In this document: positions 47,463 to 55,886 of the stretch, piece by piece
Numbering within the stretch: the first letter of the stretch is position 1
Layout: every line of letters starts with the position of its first letter
NCBI GenBank assembly: GCA_945946765.1
Contig: CAMEWS010000003.1
Location: 480-64,479 of the forward strand
From: an uncultured Clostridia bacterium
Lineage (GTDB): Bacteria; Cyanobacteriota; Vampirovibrionia; Gastranaerophilales; Gastranaerophilaceae
DNA length: 64,000 nucleotides
Direction: 5' to 3'
The notes under the pieces: model-generated
What the model was told of the DNA's origin: nothing
The model's database searches: none
The model's input: the letters and a program-made list of their open reading frames with translations, nothing else
Made by a program: the position numbers and the translations under genes

Positions 47463-49577
47463 CTATTCCGTAACAGGACCCAATACACGCACAAATTCGC
47501 TGATTGTCGTTTCACCTCGCAATATATGTCCCAAACAAGAAGCCTGAAGTGTTTTCATACCCATGCCAACAGCTGCTTCTTCGATTTCAACATCATGTGC
47601 GGAATGCGCAATCATTTTTTTGATTTCTTTATTTATTAACATAACCTCATAACAACCCAAACGACCTTTAAAGCCTTCATTATTGCAGTCAAAGCACCCT
47701 TTGGGTCTATATATAGTGCGTTTCATAAACTCTTTTTGTTCTTCAGGATTAGCAACTACCAACCTAGCTTCTTCAATTGAAGGATGATATGCTTCTTTAC
47801 ATTTAGGACAAAGTCGTCTTACAAGACGTTGAGCAATAATACCTGTCAAAGTAGAAGAAATTAAATAATCTGCCGCACCCATCTGAATCAAACGAGTAAT
47901 TGTAGCCGCAGCAGAGTTGGTGTGCAGAGTAGATAACACAAGGTGACCTGTCAAAGCGGCAGCAATAGCCGTTTCCAATGTTTCAAAGTCACGAATCTCA
48001 CCGATAAGAATAATATCAGGGTCTTGTCTTAAAATTGCTTTCATACAACTTGCAAAAGTAATACCCGCTTTGGGATTAATTTGCGATTGGTTCAAACCGT
48101 CAATTTTAATTTCGACAGGGTCTTCCAGTGTTGTAATATTTACACCTTCATTGTTCAAACTTTTTAAAACTGAATACAAGGTTGTTGTTTTACCTGAACC
48201 CGTTGGACCTACGGCAAGAATAATACCGTTTGGAGCGGCAACCATCTTGTTAATTCTTGCAAGGTCATCTTCCGTACCACCTGCAAGTTTAATAATCTTA
48301 TCTTCTGTTTTAATACTTGCAGCAGGTGCTAAAATACGGATAACCATTTTTTCTTTACCTGCAACAGGCAAAGTATTGATACGAAAATCATAAGAAATTC
48401 CGTTATATTTAACAGTAAATGTACCGTCTTGAGTTCTTCTGTGCTCAGCAATATTCATTCTCGATAAAACTTTGAAACGAGCAATCAAAGAAGATTCAAC
48501 CTTGTTAGGCAAATCGAGTACACGTCTTAAAATACCGTCAATCCTGTATCTTACTGTATAACAATCAAGTCTTGGCTCAATGTGAATATCTGAAGCCTTC
48601 ATATCAATCGCATCAGTAATAATTTTTGTAGCAAAACTTGCAACAGAACCCGTTGTATCTTCAAGTTCTCTTTCAACTTGTTCCCACAACGATTCTTCGA
48701 CTTCAAACTCAAGAGCCTCTTGCTCAATTTTTTTGATGATGTCTTTGGTTTCTTTTCTAGCACGTCCAAAGTACTTAGTCATACAGCTTTTATATTCCAT
48801 ATAACTCATTAAAAGTACTCTGGGGCGTAAGCCTGTTAAATATACAACCTCATTCAAAGCTTTTTTATTATTGGGATTAACCATCCCTACATCTAAAACA
48901 CGCCCATCAGAATACAAAGGAAATAACTTGTTTTCCCTGATAAAATCTTCTGGTAATATTTTTATTGTAGCCTCAGAAATATTTAATTGAGAAGCCGTAA
49001 CATGCTGGAAACCTTGTTGATCTGACAATGCATCTTTCAATTGGTCAACAGTGATAAAGCCCATTGTAACAAGCATTGACCCTATAGGTGTACCCGCTTT
49101 TTTGCTTTGAATCAAAGCATCAGCAAGCTGTTCTTCGGTAATAGCACCTCGTTCAATAAGAATATCACCTATTCTTTTTTTGTGTTGACCTTGAGGCGGT
49201 GTTACAGAATTATCATAATTTTCAGAATTTACAGGAGTATTAGAATCTTTAGTTACCTGCTCAACACTAGTCTCATGTGTGTTTTCAACAGACTGTTCTT
49301 GTTGACTTTCTTTATAATAGTTTTCAATATAATAATTAATAAGCTTATCAAAAGATTCACTATCAAGGTTAATAAACTTTAATGTGTCACTATCTTTTTG
49401 AGAAACAAATGCTGACAAAGCTGCTCTATCAGCCCCCTCTTTTACGGCAACAACAAATGCACCGCTCTTTTTATCAAGAGGAATAAAAGCATACCTTTGC
49501 AATTCTTCTTTTTCAAAAATAGAAGAAAATTCAGGATTAATATTGCTTTTTATTATATTAATTACATCTGTTTTCAT
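47463..49577 (-). CDS. pilB: type IV pilus assembly ATPase PilB (GspE family) with MshEN-type N-terminal region
   Basis: Walker A GPTGSGKTTT, Asp and His boxes, and the tetracysteine CPKC...CFDC. N-terminal RIGDILIERGAITEEQLADALIQ repeats. Confidence 0.92.
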   Translation of the reverse strand: MKTDVINIIKSNINPEFSSIFEKEELQRYAFIPLDKKSGAFVVAVKEGADRAALSAFVSQKDSDTLKFINLDSESFDKLINYYIENYYKESQQEQSVENTHETSVEQVTKDSNTPVNSENYDNSVTPPQGQHKKRIGDILIERGAITEEQLADALIQSKKAGTPIGSMLVTMGFITVDQLKDALSDQQGFQHVTASQLNISEATIKILPEDFIRENKLFPLYSDGRVLDVGMVNPNNKKALNEVVYLTGLRPRVLLMSYMEYKSCMTKYFGRARKETKDIIKKIEQEALEFEVEESLWEQVERELEDTTGSVASFATKIITDAIDMKASDIHIEPRLDCYTVRYRIDGILRRVLDLPNKVESSLIARFKVLSRMNIAEHRRTQDGTFTVKYNGISYDFRINTLPVAGKEKMVIRILAPAASIKTEDKIIKLAGGTEDDLARINKMVAAPNGIILAVGPTGSGKTTTLYSVLKSLNNEGVNITTLEDPVEIKIDGLNQSQINPKAGITFASCMKAILRQDPDIILIGEIRDFETLETAIAAALTGHLVLSTLHTNSAAATITRLIQMGAADYLISSTLTGIIAQRLVRRLCPKCKEAYHPSIEEARLVVANPEEQKEFMKRTIYRPKGCFDCNNEGFKGRLGCYEVMLINKEIKKMIAHSAHDVEIEEAAVGMGMKTLQASCLGHILRGETTISEFVRVLGPVTE

Positions 49578-49602
49578 AATTACATAAATTTAGTTATCTA
49601 TT

Positions 49603-49667
49603 TGTCACCCTAAATTTAGTTCAGAGGTGCAATACCTTTGCGATTCTACAACAAGCTCAGAACTACA
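49603..49667. repeat. short copy (C) of the MITE-like repeat family
   Basis: TGTCACCCTAAATTTAGTTCAGAGG...CCTTTGCGATTC...CAACAAGCTCAGAACTACA shares end motifs and the CCTTGCGATTC block with copy B. Confidence 0.45.
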
Positions 49668-49723
49668 CCCCTACTATATATTAAAGTTGCTCCTGCCGTT
49701 TACGGCAGGAACTAACTTTATTA

Positions 49724-51694
49724 TTACAAGTTTTCGCCTGATGCTACGTCTTCAGTGTCTTTTATAATCCGAGGTGTAACCATAATTACAAGCTCGCTTT
49801 TTTCATTCTTTGTCATAGTATTTCTAAATACAGAACCTATAACAGGCAAATCACCAAGGAATGGTATCTTAGAAACTTCTTTGCTTTCAGTTTCTTGTAT
49901 CAAACCTCCAAGTACAAGCGTTTCACCGTCTTTTACTCTAACATTTGATAAATCAAGATTTCTTCTTTGTAGCAATGTAGCAGCAATAATCTCCGTACCT
50001 GCGTTACCGGTAGCTTTTACAATACCATTTGGCTGAACTGTTGCATAATTTGGCTTAAGGTTCATTGTTACATAACCGTCAGGACTGATAAAAGGCGTCA
50101 ATTCCACGGTTATACCTGCATCATCACCTATTTCATATGTGGTTGAATAGCCTGCACCTGTTGTGCCAAAACCTGCCGTAAGCACTTCGGTTTCTGTAGA
50201 TTTAATATAATCACTGGACAAATTAATTATTGATTTTTTACCGTTTGTTACCATTACTTTAGGGTTAGCAAGCAATCTTCCTTTACCGTTTTTAATAAGA
50301 TACTGCATTTGCCATGCAACAGTTTTCTTACCTGGATGTCTAATATATTCTTGAATCTTTGGACTTTCATCACTACCAGAACCGGTTATAATTGCAAACG
50401 GTCCGCCTGCAAAAAATGCCGGTGCATTGCTATAATTGTGAAACCCTTGTTCTCCATCAAAAGTCCAAGAAGCAAATGGAGTTAAAAGATGCCAAACGTT
50501 TTGGAAGTCTTTTGAGCCGCTTTCTGAAAGTTCTACAATTTGAACTTCAACAAAGGCTTGCGGTTGTTTTTTATCATTATCCTTAATAAAGTTTTTAATC
50601 ATTTCCGCTTGAGCATCAGAACCACCAATGATATTCACTGTACCTTTTTGTGGGAAGTATGAAACTGTTAACGAAGAGCCTTCTAAAGATTTTAAAGTAT
50701 TTGCAGTTACTTTTCCTTTTAATGTACATGCAACTTTACCTTCACCCAGTGAAATTTCATCTGCTTCATTCGAAGAAGAATTACCTGACAACCCGCCGGA
50801 CAATCCGCCTGAACTTGAGCCGTCATTATTGCTGCCGCCTAAAGTAGCAGCTGCACCGGTCAAATTACCTGAATTATCATTATCGGATTGATCTGTATTT
50901 TTCTGATCATCATCATCATTGTTACCTGAAGTGCTTCCTTTTTTAGCGGTAGGGAACAAAGAATCACAAATCAAAGTAGCCATTTCTTTAGGTGTTGTAT
51001 GGTTAACTCTGTAAGAAATTGTTCTTGGTTGAACATCCAATTTATTAACTACTTTTTGAGCCATTAAATAATCATTCTTTGTACCAAAAATAATCAATTC
51101 GTTAGTTACAGGATTTGTAACAACAATTTTGTTATTCGACAAACCCGGTCTGTTTGTTGCAAACACGTTACTGTTCAAAAAGTCAGCAATTTTAGCCGAA
51201 TCAGCATATTTAACCGGCAAAGTCATCATGTTTTGCTTACCAACATCTGATTTCAAACTTGCCTCTTTCGACATAACAAGCAACGTACCATTGTCAATAA
51301 AATAAGACAAATCACTTGCTTGCATAATCATCTTAAACGCATCATTCAAAGTTACATTTACTAAATCCAACGTAACTGTACCTTCTACAGAGCTATGAAA
51401 GATAATATTCAAGCCCGCCTTGTCGGCAATCATTCTCAAAGCTTGTTTCAAATCAGAATCTCTTAAAGAAACGCTAATTTTCCGATTACCGTTACTAAGA
51501 TTAACAGTACCGTCCAAATTAATCATATTTGTATCTTTATACTCTGTTCTCAATGCAGGTTTCGAAATTGAGGCCTGTATATGAGCTTGTGCTATTGATG
51601 CATAAGAAAATGTCACAGCAAGAGCTATTGTTGCCACCCCAACACCGAGCATCGGAATTTTTTTCTTTGTCTTTTGTTGCTTGTCATTAAACAT
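49724..51694 (-). CDS. pilQ: type IV pilus secretin PilQ (GspD family)
   Basis: C-terminal secretin signature LVLGGLIQETESKEVSKIPFLGDLPVIGSVFRN, N-terminal signal sequence and N0/N1-like domains. Confidence 0.88.
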   Translation of the reverse strand: MFNDKQQKTKKKIPMLGVGVATIALAVTFSYASIAQAHIQASISKPALRTEYKDTNMINLDGTVNLSNGNRKISVSLRDSDLKQALRMIADKAGLNIIFHSSVEGTVTLDLVNVTLNDAFKMIMQASDLSYFIDNGTLLVMSKEASLKSDVGKQNMMTLPVKYADSAKIADFLNSNVFATNRPGLSNNKIVVTNPVTNELIIFGTKNDYLMAQKVVNKLDVQPRTISYRVNHTTPKEMATLICDSLFPTAKKGSTSGNNDDDDQKNTDQSDNDNSGNLTGAAATLGGSNNDGSSSGGLSGGLSGNSSSNEADEISLGEGKVACTLKGKVTANTLKSLEGSSLTVSYFPQKGTVNIIGGSDAQAEMIKNFIKDNDKKQPQAFVEVQIVELSESGSKDFQNVWHLLTPFASWTFDGEQGFHNYSNAPAFFAGGPFAIITGSGSDESPKIQEYIRHPGKKTVAWQMQYLIKNGKGRLLANPKVMVTNGKKSIINLSSDYIKSTETEVLTAGFGTTGAGYSTTYEIGDDAGITVELTPFISPDGYVTMNLKPNYATVQPNGIVKATGNAGTEIIAATLLQRRNLDLSNVRVKDGETLVLGGLIQETESKEVSKIPFLGDLPVIGSVFRNTMTKNEKSELVIMVTPRIIKDTEDVASGENL

Positions 51695-51726
51695 TTTATT
51701 GATGACTCCTATTAATTATTTGTATT

Positions 51727-52767
51727 TTAATTGTTAAATTGAATAATATTGCTTGGTGATTTTGAATATGAACCGCCAAAAGATTTTGTCAAGTTAGATA
51801 CAGGATTAAGATTTACCCCTTCATTCAAACTTTGACCAACTGTTGCTTGGTAAATATTAGCTTTATATTTAATTACTACACAATTTTTCGTAATATTAAG
51901 AATTGTATAACCTTTAACTACGTCCCCCTTGTGAACCAATTGGTCTGTACCGCCAAAATTAACTATGGCTGAAGGTCTTGCAGAATCATACATAATACCT
52001 GAAATCTTTGTTTCTAACAACTCATCAATCACAGGGTCTGCATCAGGTATAACTGTTGGAGGCGCAATCATTTCAAATTTAGGAACTTGCGCAATTGTTT
52101 GTTTTTGGTTGTAAGGTAAAAACGGATCAACTCGTCCGCCTGCTGACACAGTAACAATTACCGAATTTGAAGAAAGCCCTACTTGGTTTTCCTTTTGAGC
52201 ATCTTCTTTTTTCTTAAGGTCTGCTTTTTCTAACGCATTTAACGACTTTTCTTCTTGCTCAGGCTTAGCTGTTTGTTTATTAGTTTCCGACTTGCCTTGA
52301 TTATCAGCCGAAGAATCAGCAGAAGCGGTCAAATCAACATCTACTGTTGTTGTTGCCGTATCTTGTGATTGAGCAGTTCCACCAGCAGCAGTCGCTTGGT
52401 CATAAAAATAATCACCCATTGTTTGTTCTTGAGATGTTGCACTATCGGGTGAAGCACTCTTTTTATAATAGAACAAACCACACGCAGCTACTAATAAAAG
52501 CAATAACACCAAAAAGTAGATTCTGCCGCTTCCGGATTTTTTCTGCGGAGCAAAATTTTGTCCCGGAATTTCAACAGCATCTTCCTTAACAGGAGTATTA
52601 CCGGACTGAGCAGCTGCTTCATTATTAACTTGCGCTAAATCATTATCTGATATTGCATTATTTGAACTGTTCGCTTCTTCGGAAAAGTTTGAATAAATAT
52701 CGGAATAATCTCCGAATATACCGTCATGATTGTTATCGTCCATATTTGGATAACCCAAAATTCCCAT
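51727..52767 (-). CDS. membrane-anchored pilus assembly protein with a PilP-like C-terminus
   Basis: Single TM (IYFLVLLLLLVAACGLFYY), a long low-complexity linker, a GRVDPFLPY motif and a beta-rich C-terminal domain. Immediately upstream of pilQ. Confidence 0.45.
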   Translation of the reverse strand: MGILGYPNMDDNNHDGIFGDYSDIYSNFSEEANSSNNAISDNDLAQVNNEAAAQSGNTPVKEDAVEIPGQNFAPQKKSGSGRIYFLVLLLLLVAACGLFYYKKSASPDSATSQEQTMGDYFYDQATAAGGTAQSQDTATTTVDVDLTASADSSADNQGKSETNKQTAKPEQEEKSLNALEKADLKKKEDAQKENQVGLSSNSVIVTVSAGGRVDPFLPYNQKQTIAQVPKFEMIAPPTVIPDADPVIDELLETKISGIMYDSARPSAIVNFGGTDQLVHKGDVVKGYTILNITKNCVVIKYKANIYQATVGQSLNEGVNLNPVSNLTKSFGGSYSKSPSNIIQFNN

Positions 52768-52963
52768 CTACACTCTCTTCATACTTAATTGTAACTAATT
52801 CTAATACACTACCGCAAACATTATAACATACGAATAGCCTATTTTAATATAATTGTAATTCAGTCTTTAAATTATGGCAAATTCACAATTATATACAAAA
52901 AAATGGTTTACATTTGTTTACATAAATACGATAAGCAAGCGTTATCATATATCATATATTACT

Positions 52964-54676
52964 ATGAACAATATTATTTTAACAGCACCAATTAAAAAAC
53001 CCGAAGATATAGAACTTTTTACACAAAAAGTAAAATGTCGCAGTTTTTATGTTTATCACCACAAATTTTTAAATTTACAAAACGGTGGTTTTGAATACGT
53101 CAAAAAATTTATAGACACAGCCCATAAACATAACAGCAAAATATACGTTAATTTTAAACACAACATTACGGAAGAAGACCTTGTTGAAATCAAAAAATTC
53201 ATAAACTATTTAAAACAAACAGACATAGACGGTATTTTTGTAAACAGTTATGCTATCTTAGAAGCCGTAAAAACCCATACACTCCCTTTTAAAGTCATTG
53301 TTGATTCTTACTTTGATATTCACAATCTTGCGGGCATCGATTTTATAAATATGTTCCATAAAGCCGATCAGGTAATTATAACGGAAGAAATTTATCTCAA
53401 AAACATTGCAAAAATAAAACAATATAAAAACATTTCACTGGCAATAGATTCAGATAATCTTCCTTGGTGCGCCGAAGACATTAAAAAACTCAATGCAATA
53501 GACTCTGTTGTAATTAAAGGTAAATTTACAACTTCACAAGAAATTCTTGACGGCATTGAACTTGTAGAAAAAATCCTTGCCAAACCAAAAGTTTTTAAAA
53601 ATCAAAAATTACCGTTCAAGCATGTACGCAAAAGCATCTACCAAACAAATCATTTTTCGGGTGAAATGATGAGCGCGCAAGGTTCTGATTTTAAATTTTC
53701 CCGCAACATCCAAAAATTTGAATGGGAAAACAAACGTCCACGCCTCAAAAAAGATTTTGACTACACGTCATTAAATTTACCCAAAATAAATTTAAGACTA
53801 TCTTCAATAAAACAAACAGATGAATTGAAACGTTTTATTGGAAAAATAGGCTTCAATCCTATTTGCTCAATAGAATACGGTGAAATATTAAACACAGCGG
53901 ATTTGTCAAAAAGCAGTTTTAATCAAATAATTACAAAAGTAAAAAAATTCTGTTTTAACTACGGAATAAAACTACAACTCAGCACCCCAAGAATATTAAT
54001 AGAACGTGATTTTGACCGAGTATATGAATACGTAAAAAACTTGTGTCTGACAGAACCCATTCCGTCATCAATAATTATTAACAATATAGGATACCTCTGG
54101 GCGTTTATTAATGACGATGACCTGCACAGAATCCCTGTTGAAATAGGACAAGGCATAAACCTCTTAAACAGCATGTCAATAAAATGTATAAACAACCTTC
54201 ATCCGATAGATACAGTTGATTTTACACCGTTTGATAATATTACAAATATAAAAAACTGCATAAAAAAAGTTAAAAACATTATTCCGAACAAAAAACTGAC
54301 AATAGCCGGCAATATACGTGTGCCCTCTCTGGGACTTTGCCCATTAAACAACGACTCGGCAATAGTGTCCCGACTTTCTTGCAAAGCACCTTGCCACAAC
54401 GGTAACTATGCCTTAAAAGACCCGTCATTAAAAAAAGTTATTCCCTTTGTTGTGGACGGTTTTTGCCGAATGCATATGTATAAAGATTACATCCTACACC
54501 TTTACGAATATGTACCTAAACTTGAAAAAATCGGCATAAACGAGTTTGTAATTGACTTGTCAGACTTGCCGCCTAAATACGTCAGCATACTTTTAACGCA
54601 CTTTTTAAACACTCTTGGCGGATTCGAAAAGCCTTGTTCTGACAATATCAACGAGTACTGTATTCAAGATTTATGA
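52964..54676 (+). CDS. peptidase U32-like family protein
   Basis: I chose the start at MNNIILTAP. The pattern AHKHNSKIYVNF...ITEEDL...DIDGIFVNSYAILEAV...FKVIVDSYFDIHN resembles the U32 TIM-barrel core. Confidence 0.4.
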   Translation: MNNIILTAPIKKPEDIELFTQKVKCRSFYVYHHKFLNLQNGGFEYVKKFIDTAHKHNSKIYVNFKHNITEEDLVEIKKFINYLKQTDIDGIFVNSYAILEAVKTHTLPFKVIVDSYFDIHNLAGIDFINMFHKADQVIITEEIYLKNIAKIKQYKNISLAIDSDNLPWCAEDIKKLNAIDSVVIKGKFTTSQEILDGIELVEKILAKPKVFKNQKLPFKHVRKSIYQTNHFSGEMMSAQGSDFKFSRNIQKFEWENKRPRLKKDFDYTSLNLPKINLRLSSIKQTDELKRFIGKIGFNPICSIEYGEILNTADLSKSSFNQIITKVKKFCFNYGIKLQLSTPRILIERDFDRVYEYVKNLCLTEPIPSSIIINNIGYLWAFINDDDLHRIPVEIGQGINLLNSMSIKCINNLHPIDTVDFTPFDNITNIKNCIKKVKNIIPNKKLTIAGNIRVPSLGLCPLNNDSAIVSRLSCKAPCHNGNYALKDPSLKKVIPFVVDGFCRMHMYKDYILHLYEYVPKLEKIGINEFVIDLSDLPPKYVSILLTHFLNTLGGFEKPCSDNINEYCIQDL

Positions 54677-54806
54677 TAAAATTCCTTATTTTAGCTTATG
54701 CTACATATCAAAAATATATTTGAACTATCATTAATAGCCCTTTAAGGGAATAAAATTCTTAAACACCCATGTCATATTTGCCTTGTTAACAAATTTGAGG
54801 TGAATT

Positions 54807-55199
54807 ATGACAAAAAAATTGGATTTGTACAAATGTAATGTCTGCGGAAATCTTGTAGAAGTAGTGCTTGAAGGCGAAGGAGAGCTTGTTTGCTGCGGTC
54901 AACCAATGGAACACGTAAAACCCCATAGTCCCAACGAAGAAATGCTCGGCGAAAAACATGTCCCCGTAATTTCAGTAACCGAAAATGAAACGGAAATACG
55001 AGTCGGCTCAATTCCTCACCCTATGGAGGATAAACACTATATTCAATTTATAGAAGCTTACTCTCCTGATAAAAATTATGTCAAAAGAAAATATCTTTAC
55101 CCAAATGACGAACCGCTATTGAAATTTAAATGTCACTGCGCTAAAGTTGTTGCAAGAGAATTATGTAATATACACGGTTTGTGGGAATCACCTCAATAA
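54807..55199 (+). CDS. dfx: desulfoferrodoxin (2Fe superoxide reductase)
   Basis: Desulforedoxin-type YKCNVCGNLVEV...LVCCGQPM N-terminus. SOR centre II ligands are EKHVPVI, HPMEDKHYIQ and CNIHGLW. Confidence 0.88.
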   Translation: MTKKLDLYKCNVCGNLVEVVLEGEGELVCCGQPMEHVKPHSPNEEMLGEKHVPVISVTENETEIRVGSIPHPMEDKHYIQFIEAYSPDKNYVKRKYLYPNDEPLLKFKCHCAKVVARELCNIHGLWESPQ

Positions 55200-55225
55200 G
55201 ACCGGTGTATGAAAGGGGTAACATT

Positions 55226-55735
55226 ATGATTTCAGAAAAAATGAACGAAGCGTTTAATACACAAATTAAACACGAAATGTATTCTTCAAACCTCTATCTT
55301 TCAATGGTAGCTTACTTTGAAGAAATTGGCTTAAAAGGCTTTGCAAACTGGATGCGTATACAAGTTCAAGAAGAAAATGCTCATGCTATGGGTCTTTTTG
55401 ACTACTTAATCGAAAGAGACGGCAGAGTAATCGTTGAAGCAATCAACAAACCCGAATTTGAATGGAAAAACGCTCTTGATTGTTTTGAAGCCGTTTACAA
55501 ACACGAACAACTTGTTACATCTTTAATTAACGAACTTGCTGATGTTGCCGAAGCCGAAAAAGACAGAGCAGCATTATCCTTCTTGCAATGGTATATCAAA
55601 GAACAAGTTGAAGAAGAAGCAAATTGTTCTGAAATCTGCTCAAAATTAAGACTTATTGGCGAAGACAAACATGCTTTGTTGTTAATCGACCAAGAACTTG
55701 GCGCACGCACATACGTTGCACCTACAATCGGTTAA
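55226..55735 (+). CDS. ftnA: ferritin
   Basis: I chose the start at MISEKMNEAFNTQIKHEMYSSNLYLSM (RBS GAAAGGGG). Ferroxidase-centre residues lie in EENAHA and QWYIKEQVEEE. Confidence 0.9.
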   Translation: MISEKMNEAFNTQIKHEMYSSNLYLSMVAYFEEIGLKGFANWMRIQVQEENAHAMGLFDYLIERDGRVIVEAINKPEFEWKNALDCFEAVYKHEQLVTSLINELADVAEAEKDRAALSFLQWYIKEQVEEEANCSEICSKLRLIGEDKHALLLIDQELGARTYVAPTIG

Positions 55736-55788
55736 TCAAAAAGAATCTGTTAGCCGGCTATAATAAGCCGATAAATAACGACCAAAAG

Positions 55789-55819
55789 GCGGACAAAACA
55801 AAATTGTCCGTCTTTTTTT
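55789..55819 (+). terminator. rho-independent terminator after ferritin
   Basis: GGCGGACAA-AACAAAA-TTGTCCGTC followed by T7. Confidence 0.7.
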
Positions 55820-55886
55820 GTAAATTTTTTAAATTCCCGTCCAAAATTTAGTCAATTTTCACTGTAAAAAAATCGTTGTATTATTT

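Noticed and set aside
50392-50891. Plus-strand ORFs of 64-87 aa inside pilQ
   Set aside because: They are antisense to a secretin gene with an intact signature. They are low-complexity mirror translations.
52874-52963. First 30 codons of the 600-aa ORF
   Set aside because: The N-terminal extension (MANSQLYTKKWFTFVYINTISKRYHISYIT) lies in AT-rich promoter-like sequence. The family-like sequence begins at MNNIILTAP.
55181-55225. 15-codon N-terminal extension of ferritin overlapping the desulfoferrodoxin stop
   Set aside because: The ferritin family N-terminus begins at MISEKMNEAFN, which has its own RBS. The extension overlaps the upstream gene.
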